A stretch of 64,000 nt of DNA, from contig NC_042998.1 of the NCBI RefSeq assembly GCF_006345805.1, positions 99,076,001-99,140,000 of the forward strand, written 5' to 3'. The notes beneath the pieces were generated by a model. The model was not told where the DNA came from, did not search any database, and saw only the letters and a list, made by a program, of their open reading frames with translations. How positions within the stretch are numbered: position 1 is the first letter of the stretch; each line of letters begins with the position of its first letter. The translations under genes and the position numbers were made by a program. Source of the stretch: Octopus sinensis (Eukaryota). Positions 25,101 through 35,350 of this stretch are shown piece after piece.

Positions 25101-25399
25101 AGATAAATGGTCGTTCGGAGACCGTTTCTGTGGACCGATTGAAAAAAGCACATTTTGAGACGTCTTCATCTTTTGATGACAACCTTGACACACCCACCTA
25201 TGCACCTTTAACAACACCTTCACCTGCACAAACGCCTTCACCTGCACAAACACCTTCACCTGCACAGACGCCTTTGCCTTCACCGGCTCCTACAACACCA
25301 TCCTCGCCGTCAACGGGTGCCCCGAGCACACTGTATGTTACAAAATCGGGCAGAACAGTGCATTGGCCCAAGAAACTTTCAAAGACAATCTACATTTAA
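22094..25399 (+). CDS. pol: pol polyprotein (PR-RT-RNase H-integrase), open frame with two catalytic substitutions
   Basis: 1101-aa ORF. PR VDTS (DTG expected), RT YVDD, RNase H VNASD (DASD expected), IN HHCC plus D,D35E (HIDLVG/TDRG/VERFH), GPF motif and a 3x TPSPAQ repeat at 25214-25267. Confidence 0.9.
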   Translation: MLVPFKVCQKGRSVYPAVHFPALRKLNPEEVSTSPSSISFPKNRAFFVKDLVSKKFFMVDTSSCCSIWPLRLAADKPKRSSIVLHAIDSSPITTYGQISLRLDINLRRDFQWVFVIADIPHPILGTDFLDRFKLLVDVRRRMLLDSTTSLSTPTGSSTTAVLSPTFFVATSGDPFHSLLVSFPELVDIAFKPEKHTHSTLHFITTTGPPVFSRLRRLAPHRLKSARAEFEHMLQLGLIRPSTSPWASPLHLARKGESYFRLVGDYRRLNAVTIADRYPIRNLQDFTANLHGCTIFTKVDLIRAYHQILVNLADVPKTAITTPFGCFEFLYMSFGLRNATSTFQRFIDEVVRGLDFVFAYVDDILIASDTCENHLQHLSQLFQRLRAYSIRINPDKCVFGRSSLDFLGHHIDSSGISPLSSKVDAIQRIATPTSLRQLRYYLGMINFYRRFIPGCADKLLSLTRLLKDSPRKDSQVTLSVEAVTAFESIKKELASVSLLAHPVPGASLSLTVNASDTAIGAVLQHTVDDHIRPLAFFSRQLQPAERRYSTFDRELLAIYLSVRHFQHQLEGRDFVIYTDHKPLTFALCSKTDKLSPRAFRHLDFISQFTSNIRHIPGKENVPADALSRLPVCALSSPAAIDLAAISQEQPPLASLDLTSPRFSCCQFSYLPLPSAEGTILCDTSTGSPRPLVPENHQRSVFEALHSLSHPGITATLKLITARFFWPNMRRTITSWTRTCSKCQRSKIQRHVCAPLGQFPPMEARFRHVHIDLVGPWPVSRGFSYLLTCVDRFSRWPEAIPIADTSAETVARAFVSNWISHFGVPSRLTTDRGCQFEASLFRELSRILGVHHIHTTSYHPASNGLVERFHRQLKAALRASSDPQSWIEFLPIVLLGCRTAVKVDLGFSAAELLYGTTLALPGMMLVPDTSQPHDPATYVTRLRAYFSNLPPMVPRKQSPPSHLPPDMNTWSHVFVRDDSVKGPLVSPYKGPFHVLSRTPKVFMIEINGRSETVSVDRLKKAHFETSSSFDDNLDTPTYAPLTTPSPAQTPSPAQTPSPAQTPLPSPAPTTPSSPSTGAPSTLYVTKSGRTVHWPKKLSKTIYI

Positions 25400-25533
25400 C
25401 TTTCTTTCAAATTTTTCTTGTTTTGTATGATATTATGTACCAAGTCTTCTGGGGGATCGGCAAGCCATCTGTTTTTCTGCAGCACCACCACAAATTTTCT
25501 TGTTGTCGTACTTTCGCACTCGAGGGGGAGCCT

Positions 25534-25948
25534 TGTAGTGATGCTACTGTGTAGGGTTCAGCGCACATGCACAGAATGGGACTACTTTCGGGTGGCCACC
25601 GGAAGTCTTCCCCATGCGCATGTGCGGGAAACGTTCCCTTAGGCCCGCCAAACTCAAATCCTCCTCTCTGGCAAGTCAGCCAACGCGATCGAACGTACAT
25701 TTTGCAGGCTCTGATAACCTCACCGACCTAGCCGCCAACGACCATCGAACCTCTTCAACAAAACGAACAAGAAGCTGTACATCAGAGGCTGTCCTTCTCC
25801 CATCAGACACACGTAAGTCATCGCAATAAATAAACGAACTGCTGTCTTTTACCTACAACCTGACTTCGTCTGTATTGTCTTACAAAAATTGTATGTGACT
25901 GGATCGGATCGACACCCTTTCAGTGAATCGATAACCCATCCTGTTACA
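25534..25948 (+). repeat. 3' LTR (415 bp) of the CsRn1-like element
   Basis: Preceded by PPT GAGGGGGAG (25522-25530). Ends GTTACA. Confidence 0.95.
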
Positions 25949-27048
25949 CATACAATTGTGGTTTTGATTCTTGGGCCAGGCAATGCATTATGTTCTTAAG
26001 CAAAACATTTTACTTCACATTGTTCTTGTCAATTCAGCTGGCAAAAATGAATGTTTTTGTGACTGACTGGCATCTCATCCATGGGGGGAATATATATGCC
26101 ACAAAATCCAGGAAACCAGCCTTATGAACCTATGGCTTAGGAACGATCTTTGGTTATTATTATTATTATTATTATTATTATTGGTGAGCTGGCAGAATTG
26201 TTAGTACGCTGGGCAAAATGCTTAGCGATATTTCATCTGCCACTATGTTCTGAGTTCAAATTCCACCAAGGTCAACTTTGCCTTTCATCCTTTCAGTGTT
26301 AATTAAATAAGTACCAGTTACACACTGAGGTTGATGTAATTGACTTAATCCCTTACCCCAAATTTGAGGCCTTTTGCTTCCAGTAGAAAGGATTTTAATT
26401 ATTATTATTATTATCATTTTAGAATTCATTTTTGTGAATATGGAAGATTTACAGAAGTTGACAAGAAATAAGGGTGTGACTCATTGGGTGTATAAACACA
26501 AATTTACAAGAAAAGTGGAACACAAATAAACTTGCTGATGTATAAAGGAGAGAAAATTGCTTTGGCAAAAGCATGTAACATCAATGAATGATGAAAGTTG
26601 CCATATATTGCCAGTGGATGATAACTGTGACAGACTGAGATATGGAAATAGGATTGTTGATACAGGTACAGCTGTGTAGTTAAAAAGTCTGCAGTGCAAC
26701 CATGTGGTTTTGGGTTCCATCCCATCATATGCCACCTTGGTTAAGGATCTTTTACTATAACCTTAGGACTATCAATGCCTTGTGAGGGAAATTTTGTTGA
26801 CAAAAATTGTATGGAAGTCCATTAAGTGTGTATGTGTTTATGCATGCCTTCACACTATCACTATGTAAGCAAAAATTATGAGTGTTTATATCTCTTGTAA
26901 ACAAAATAGCCAATCATTCAACAGTTTTGTTGTGTAATTAACAGTGGAATATAAAAAAAGAAAAATCCCTACTTGTAACACAAGTAAGAATTGGCAACAA
27001 GAATGGCATTTGGCAGTAGAAATCTACCCCAGTGACTCTTGTTCAACC

Positions 27049-29490
27049 CATCATCATCATCATCGTTTAACGTCTGCTTTCCATGCTAGCATGGGTTGGA
27101 CGGTTCAACTGGGGTCTGGCAAGCCCAAAGGCTACACCAGGCCAGTCAGATCTGGCAGTGCTTCTACAGCTGGATGCCCTTCCTAACGCCAACCACTCCG
27201 AGAGTGTAGTGGGTGATTTTATGTGCCACCAACACAGGTGCCAGGCGAGGCTGGCAGACGGCCACGCCCGGATGGTGTTTTTTATGTGCCACCGACACAG
27301 GTGCCAGACGAGGCTGGCAGACGGCCACGCTCGGATGGTGTTTTCTATGTGCCACCGACACAGGTGCCAGACGAGGCTGGCAGACGGCCACGCTCGGATA
27401 TGGTGTTTTCAGTGTTTTTTTTATGTGCCACCGACACAGGTGCCAGACGAGGCTGGCGAAAGGCTACGATCGGATGGTATTTGTTACGTGCCCACGGCAC
27501 GGAGGCCAGTCAATGCGGTACTGGCTACGGTCCCGTTCGGATGGTTTTCTTATGTACCACCGGCACTGGTACCACAAGGATACAAATTCCATTGATGTTC
27601 ATCTATTTTGATTTGGTTTGACTTGATTTGATTTGACTTTGATTTGATTTGCCTCAACAGGTCTTCACAAGTGTCACAAGCAGGAAGGTATGCACAGGTG
27701 GACTGACTACGTCCCAGGTAGGGGCCACGGGTTATGGCTTCATTAGTCTTGCCGGGTCTTCTCACGCACAGCATACTTCCATAGGTCTCGGTCTCTAGTC
27801 ATTTCCATGGTGAGACCTAACGTTCGAAGGTCATGCTTCACCACCTCGTCCCAGGTTATCCTGGGTCTACCTCTTCCACGGGTTCCCTCAACTGCTAGGG
27901 ATTGGCACTTTCTCACACACCTATCTTCATCCATTCTCGCCACATGACCATACCAGCGCAATCGTCTCTCTTGCATGCAACAACTGATGCTTCTTAGGTA
28001 CAACATTTCTCTCAGGGAACTAACGCTCTGTCGAGTGAGTACACTGACATTACACATCCATTGGAGCATACTGGCTTCATTCCTCATGAGCTTACGCATG
28101 TCCTCAGCAGTCACGGCCCATGTTCGAACACATGCATCATACAGTCTGCCCTTTACTCTGAGCGAGAGGCCTTTAGTCACCAGCAGAGGTAAGAGCTCCC
28201 TAAACTTTGCCCAGGGTATTCTTATTCTAGCAGTTACACTCTCAGTGCACCCACACCCACTACTGACTTGGTCACCTAGATAATGGAAGCTATCAACTAC
28301 TTCTAATTTTTCCCCCTGGAAAGTGACGGAAGTTGTTTTCTGCAGATTTTCGGAGGTCAATGCTCCCGAGCATCTGCCACATATAAAAACTATCTTCCTA
28401 GTTAGCCTACCTTTGACATTGCTGCACCTCTTATGTGTCCATAGCTTACACTGGGTACATCTTATAGAGTTTCTACCTACACCTTTTCTACAGATCGAGC
28501 AGGGCCATCTTCCTGAGGACATTTGTGGATTGCCTACCTTTCTACTTATTAGTACTTTGGTTTTAGCTAGGTTGACTCTAAGGCCCCTCGATTCTAAACC
28601 CTCCTTCCACACCTGGAACTTCTCCTCCAGTTCTGATAGTGACTCAGCAATTAGAGCGAGGTCGTCAGCATAGAGGAGCTCCGAGGGGCAACCTGTCTTG
28701 AATTCCTCTGTTATTCCCTGGAGGACTATGATAAATAGGAGGGGGCTGAGTACTGAACCCTGGTGGACCCCAACCTCTACTTTGAATTCTTCTGTGTACA
28801 TGTTGCCAACCCTAACCTTGCTTACGGCATCTCTGTACATGGCTTGCACAGCCCTCACCAGCCATTCATCTATCCCTAGTTTCCTCATTGACCACCAGAT
28901 GAGGGATCGGGGGACCCTATCAAAGGCTTTCTCCATGTCAACGAAAGCCAGGTACAGGGGCTTATCTTTGGCTAGGTATTTCTCCTGCAGCTGCCTTACC
29001 AGGAACATAGCATCAGTGGTGCTTTTCCCTGGCACAAACCCAAACTGCATCTCATCTAAACTAACTCTCTCTCTCTAATTAGTTGGGCTATGACCCTCTC
29101 CGTAACCTTCATTACCTGATCCAACAGCTTGATACCTCTGTAATTATTTGTATCTAGGGCATCACCTTTACCTTTGTAGCAGTTGACTAGTACGCTGCTA
29201 CACCAGTCATTGGGTATGACTCCTTCGTGTATCACCTGATTGACTATACGGGTGACTAGGTTATAGCCGACACTGCCAGATATTTTGAGCATCTCTGCAG
29301 TAATTTCTGATGGGCCTGGGGCTTTCCCTGTCTTCATGCTTCTAATTGCCTTAGCTACCACGGAACTATCAACTCGGATAGCTGGTCCCTCTGTTGGGTC
29401 AACATTCGACAGACTCTCTTTATCCCATTCATTTTCTTTATTCAGCAACCTTTCATAGTGGCATCTCCAAACCTCTCTCTTTGCATCCAA
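27049..29490 (-). mobile_element. 5'-truncated RTE-clade LINE with a long 3' UTR ending in (GAT)n
   Basis: RT ORF 29050-27743 (QGSVLSP, YADD). Upstream ORF 29490-29056 is separated by a (GA)n slippage frameshift. The 3' UTR carries a 63-bp tandem array. Confidence 0.92.
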
Positions 29491-29926
29491 CTGATATTAA
29501 AACAATGGTGATTCTTTACCTTACTGATGAGATGACAAAAAATTGTTATTCTTCACAGCATACCCAATAGAGCTACAGGATTTAATAAAAGCAACGTTTA
29601 ACTTTGTATTAAATAGTATTAGATGGTGAGATTTAAATTTACAATTGGACAGGACTATAGCCAATCTAACACAAATTCATCCATTCAAAAATTTGATTCT
29701 TATAGGGAACATAACAAAATATTAAAAATCGATTTGAAATTCAGTAAATTAACTATAATAAAAGGTTCAGTTGCATGAAACAGGAGAACACATTCTGAAT
29801 TCCAATCCCAACAGGGCTATTTGGGGGGTTTACTTATCTAGTACCAATAAAATCAACATATTCACCTTCCTATAAAACTTGGTTTTGTGCAAAGTCAAAA
29901 TTTTAAAATATCTATAAATTACGTAC

Positions 29927-30043
29927 CGTAAATCCAAGTGAACAAGCCTTCACCATATTGCTTCTGGCATCAACAATAGCAGCTTGTTGTACATGCTGAG
30001 TTTTCATAAGTATTTCTTGTAGTATCATTAAAGGGTTTTCCAT
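29927..30043 (-). CDS. PFN4: Profilin-4-like gene, first coding exon (MENPLMILQEILMKTQHVQQAAIVDARSNMVKACSLGFT)
   Basis: ATG at 30043-30041 in context GCCATGG. Acceptor ttcttag at 30052 and donor ACG|gtacgt at 29926. 117 bp, phase 0. Resembles the PFN4 N-terminus (L.GTKHVDSAALI). Confidence 0.88.
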
Positions 30044-30188
30044 GGCTTAGCCTAAGAATAGAATAAAAATATGTTAAGTAACTTTATAGCAATCTTATCA
30101 AGAGTTATTTCCCTTCCACACTGCACAACGTGTCTAAGATCCACTGAATGAGTTTATATTGTTCGCCCTGCTAGCGATATCACCTTAC

Positions 30189-30300
30189 CGACTTCAAAAT
30201 TAAAGAACACATTGAATAATGGCTGAAAAAAGCTAGATTACTCATTGCTCGCCAAGGGATAAATAACAAATCTCAGAGGCTACGTCTACAGTCACATCTA
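30189..30300 (-). other. Putative non-coding first exon of the PFN4-like gene
   Basis: Donor TCG|gtaagg at 30188 would give a 137-bp intron to the acceptor at 30052. The 5' boundary is unknown. Confidence 0.45.
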
Positions 30301-33300
30301 ACTTCATAGGGTATCACACTACTGACGTAAGATAATGCGAAATGTTTATGGACAAAACGTTGAGTTTTGAAATTAGTACACCATCCTATTTTCCCTAAAA
30401 AAAACTTCATCAGATCTCCATTTTAAACATCAAATACCATATAGTTCTCTAAAACAAATATTTCATTTTTATATTTTTACTTTTGCCAGTCACTCTACTC
30501 TTCTCCGTACTCCATTTTTTTCTCGAAAATATTGTCTGCATTATATATATTTTTCAAGGTAGGAAATTGTTTTTATTAAAATAAATGAATAAAATTTACA
30601 AATTCATTTTTTTTTTTTATTGCGGAGGTGGGCTTATTCTGAAACTCAAGACCAATTAAATGAAAACAGGAATATATAATAAGGTGACATAGATCACTAT
30701 TGTAGCAAAAGAGACGCTGTATAACGTATAATTAACAAGTCTGATTAGCGTGCAGTGGTATTGTGTTCCAACTGCTCGAGGCTAAGGGCTACGAATATAG
30801 ACGTATAAGGGTCGGACTCCATTAACTATGCTTTACGAAAAATGCGCTTGGTAAGGAGGGAGGAAGTTTAAGGTGTTGGAGAAGGATGTTTTTAGATAAC
30901 TGTCTCAATCGTCTTGGAAGAAATAACGGCAAGACGATACGTGAATGGAATAAATGTATGTAGTGGGACAGGAGGAGGAGGGAAGGAGTTTGTGGGAAGC
31001 TTTGTTGCTGGTACTCAGGTAAATGAGAACAGCAGGGAAATGTGTACATATGGAAAGATTCCACCTTTCAAAGTGAAGTATTAATTAGCATATGGCTGTC
31101 ACCTGACCAGCAGAGAGAGTTATAGTTCACGATTGGGAGATTTGTGCCTCGGAGAGAAAAAGAAGTTATTGCACAGTAGATAATCTACTATAATCAGTAT
31201 CTTAATTTTTAGCATTTCATCCAATGAAAAATAAGTTTATGTGTAATGAAATATATGTCTTTATTACATATCCTTTTATTTTTTGGTTTTTTTTTTAAAG
31301 TGGACGAGGAAAATCTCTGCAACCCTACACCTAATTTTAATGATTTAGGTTTACTTAGTCTGCTTAATATTTGCCTCCCTTGACAAAGTCATTATAATAG
31401 TTACTCCTCTTGCGAAGTTTTTATGATAATTACTTCCCTTCGATAAAAGAACCAGAAACAGACAATAGCGATCTTTATTCCGACAAAGACTCTATAAGGA
31501 ACATCTTGTTTTAAGGCATACGTACTTATTTTATTTTACAAAGTTTATTGATCTGTCAAACTAGAGACTGAAGAAATGTTAGCAAAAATAAACAAGTTTC
31601 TTAAAATAAGAACTTCGTGAATTGAGAAGAATTAGTACAGTTTGAGCGGAGCCCTAAAAGAAACGACCTGCCCTTTACATCTCTCCCGATTTTCTTCTCT
31701 ATTTTTATCCTTGTATAATTAAGAATGGACTTTGAGATTCCCTTTCTTTACTTTTTCCTTTTTTTTTTTTTGTCGGTTCTTTTTATTTAGCAGTCAAGTT
31801 TGAAAAGTTTTCTTCAATCAAAACTGAGGAGAGAAGAATAGAACAGAGAAATGTATTAAAGTTGAAACGGGGTAGTGACGTGGAAGTTTTTAACTTAGTT
31901 AACTGCCGTCTCATCGCAATATCAGATAATATTCGTGAAGGTGCTCGGCCGTTCCAATGCATGAGTGTTTGGGCTGTCTCAGCAATGTTTAGTAAGAAAC
32001 ACCGGCGAACCCAGATGCAGAGTATGCATTCCACTTTTTTTTTTTGTATTCCATTTTTCTTTTGCCATTTTTAACTGTTTGCTTTGTTGCTTTTAAATAA
32101 GAAATTTGAAACTTCAATTCGAATAAATCAAATATTTTTTTCAGTTTCTTTTAAATAGCATTTTAATTTGAGATTAAACTTCAGTGTTATCCTCTCAAGT
32201 GGATCTGTTGGCCAACTTGAAATATCTGGAAAACTAGAGAGAGGAAGGAAACACTAAAAATATTACGTGAAAACATAATAAGAATGCCTATCTTCCAAAT
32301 ATTTTATTCGGTAGATTTCGGATTCCAATCATGTTGACATTCTTGTAACCAAGTGAATGATTTATGAGATACGAACTATCAGAAATGTGACATGAAACAA
32401 CGAAACAAAACAAAAGTTAGAAAGAACTACTAGATAAAATCTATTTCTAAAATAGACACAAGGACGCACAATTGGGAGAAAGAGTATAATGGTAAATACA
32501 ACGAACCTGAGTATCAAGTAAGACTGCTAAAACTTGAAGCCCTCAAGTTTGTTGCAAAATATTTACAGTACCCAGATGAGGGAGAAATCCATATCCCGAT
32601 GACAAGAACAAAGGTCTTTTTGGAAGTGGAAAAGATGTTGGACAGTGAAAAGTAACATGTGAATTGTAAGACTGAAAGGTGACGCTGGCACAAGAAGAAA
32701 GTCATACAAATTAGAGTGGAATCATTTCAGAGAAAACGAAGCCAGTCACGAAGGAACTACAAAACCACTGGATCTCAGCTCTCGCCCTTTGTGTTTCCCT
32801 CGTATATGTGTGTGTGCGTGTTAGTGTGTTCATGCGTGCATGTATATATACATACTCGTGTATATGTGTGCGTGATACATACATACAAGTCAGAGTTAGG
32901 AAGAACAAGTATGGAAAAACTGACTAACACGAAACAAATAATGAAAGTGTGTGTGTGTAATTTATAGAACTTATAGATGTTACGTGAACGATACACCGCT
33001 ATAAAAAACTTAGCGGTGTCGTATGAAATTGTCACCCATAATTATAACCCAAGTATCGATCTATTGCATTTCAATCTATTTTAGATTTAGGGTTAGGGGT
33101 GGGGGAAGGGTATCTTTTTTTCTTCACAAATGTAAATAAACCCAATCTGTTTCTTAAACGAGGGACATATTCATTATGCACAGAATGTTATTTACCTAAA
33201 TGGACGCCAGTGATTGGTTAAAATTGCCGAAATGCAAGAAATTAAAGACGAAATATGTTACAACCTATAGAATTTTCTTAATAAAGCCAAGAGAAAATGA

Positions 33301-33399
33301 TGTTTTATAAACACATTCTACCAGTATACGAAGTTTAAAACTTTTTAGTTACCTAGAAATTATGTTACAAACTGCCGTTCAAAAGGAAAAGATCCCCGT

Positions 33400-34165
33400 T
33401 GTAGTTCAGGCTTCCGCTGCTAGAAGTCACTTGATGCGATTCTCAGGCATCAGTCTGCCGACCGGTGTTGTCCGCTATGATCATACTCCAACGTGGTGCT
33501 TCTCCCTTGTTCGTCGATTTTTGCGACGGCTGAAACGAAAGAACAGCGTGTTTTCCGTGAAATTCCGTTTTCTGCTGCGGAAAATGGTGGCCGAAGCAGT
33601 TGTCATGCTTTAAACAGCTTACAAGGACGCTGCCACGACTTTAGCAATGGTCACTTGTCGCTTAAAGGCCAACCACATTCAAGATGAGCGTCCACCTCCC
33701 GAACGAATGAAAATTAATAAACTGATCTTGGAGGACCGTCGCTGAACAATTGATGAACTTGTTGATGTGACTAGTGTGTCCTGGAGGTCTTGCCAACGAA
33801 TTTTGTGCGAGGAATTGAGAATGAAAAGAGTTGCAGCTTGCTCAAGGAAGATCAAAAGCAATCACGGCTGAATGCATGTCGTAAACTAAAAGAACAATTA
33901 TAAGTTGATCCGGACTTCTTTTTCGAAAGTTATCACTGGTGACGAAAGCTGGTGCTATGGAATTTGCAGTTGTGGAAGAGGTGAAGAAAAAACAGGCATT
34001 AAAAGGCATCACTTCGCAAGAGTTCCAGCACTGCTTCGAAGAGTGGAAAATACGTCTGGACCGATGCATTGCTTCAAATGGAGAACACTTCGAAGACGAT
34101 ATAAGTGTAAACATGTAAAACTAAATGAATTAAATAATATTGCAAAATTTCTTTTCGGTACCCTT
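33400..34165 (+). mobile_element. Internally deleted mariner transposase remnant
   Basis: EQRV.VKF..., SKVITGDESWCYG and FQHCFEEWKIRLDRCIASNGEHFE motifs. Confidence 0.8.
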
Positions 34166-34984
34166 TTGTGTGTGTTGCCAGCTACTTCAGAGTACAACGT
34201 CTAACTACAGTCCATCTGCATTTAAGATCTCTGGCTCTCACTAGCTTTCACTCAGAGTGTTTAATGATATGTGAAGTACATACACGTGTATACACAGACA
34301 CACACACAGGCGCGGCTGTGTGATAAGAAGCTTACTTCCAAATCATATTGTACCGGACTCAGTTCCACTGTGTGGTAACTTGGGAAAGTGGCTTCTATTA
34401 TAACTTTAGGCCGACCAAAGCCTTGTGAGTAAATTTGGTGGGCGGAAACCGAAAGAAGCCTGTTGTGTGAGTGTGTGTGCGTAATGAATGGTGGGATGGG
34501 GATTTTCCCTAACTCAAGTGTGTGGAACAGATTGGTTGAACCGGCCGAAATGGGTCTAAAATATTGTATTTTATAGATATTAACACACACACCTATATAT
34601 ATAGGCAAACCTACACAAGTATGCCACTGACTTTGTTTCCTTATAACTTTCAGAAAAACAGGTAATGAAATGTGTTTTGAATATCTTTCAGATGGTGTAG
34701 GTTATGATTGTATCGGAATTAAATGTGGGGGAAAATTGGGATGAAAGTAAAAGATACGCGCACCCGGTGTTTAGGGTTAGGGTCTTTGTTACGCCGTAAA
34801 CAGGTGGTGTGCGTATTCTTTACCTCCGCAGAAAATTGGTAGGTGCACACACATATATACTGACCAACATTACATAAATACCAACATAACGAAACCTGAA
34901 ATTTTGAAAAAAACAATTGTGATGCGACAATATGTATGTGTGCGCGCCCACATACATATCATAATCTACGCCATCTGAGAGGCA

Positions 34985-35350
34985 TTATTTTCCTTTTGAA
35001 CGGCAGTTTTCAACACAATTTCTAGTTGTCTCAGTTTTAGACGCAGCAAATGACTTTAGCTAAATAGAGGCGATTCATTGGTTAAAATTCGAAAAATTAA
35101 ACTACGTTAAACTTACAAATTACAATTTTCTCAAGAAAGCCAAGAGAAAAAATGTTTTATTTTGACACATTCTACCAGTATACGAAGTTTAAAAGTGTTT
35201 AGTTAACTAGAAATTGTGTTCACATGTGCCGTTCAAAAGGAAAAGATCCAAAAATGTTTTATTTTGACACATTCTACCAGTATACGAAGTTTAAAAGTGT
35301 TTAGTTAACTAGAAATTGTGTTGAAAACTGCCATTCAAAAGGAAAAGATC
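34985..35350. mobile_element. MITE with ~40-bp TIRs and a tandem duplication of its last ~95 bp
   Basis: TTTTCCTTTTGAACGGCAGTTTTCAACACAATTTCTAGT / ACTAGAAATTGTGTTGAAAACTGCCATTCAAAAGGAAAA. The same right end recurs at ~33300-33397. Confidence 0.7.

Larger units (their letters stand above)
20661..25948 (+). mobile_element. Full-length Ty3/Gypsy LTR retrotransposon, CsRn1-like clade
   Basis: TG...CA LTRs at 20661-21044 and 25534-25948. tRNA-Trp-type PBS, PPT and Gag Cx2Hx9Cx3C motif. Domain order PR-RT-RH-IN. 4-bp TSD AATA/CATA with one mismatch. Confidence 0.95.

Noticed and set aside
21162-25283. Many 60-180 aa ORFs overlapping the Gypsy element in other frames or antisense
   Set aside because: Shadow ORFs of GC-rich gag/pol with no independent motifs.
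27215-27565. CRISPR-like repeat-spacer appearance of the kernel arrays
   Set aside because: Spacers within an array are near-identical, the context is a eukaryotic LINE 3' UTR, and there are no cas genes.
27083-27621. 130-170 aa repetitive ORFs in three frames
   Set aside because: They result from the stop-free 63-bp repeat, antisense to the LINE.
32434-32655. 73-codon open frame (KIDTRTHNWEKEY...MLDSEK*)
   Set aside because: No start codon, no convincing acceptor and no recognisable homology.
33085-34785. TTAGGG motifs (33085 and 34770) as interstitial telomere
   Set aside because: Only about two units each, embedded in DNA-transposon-like sequence.
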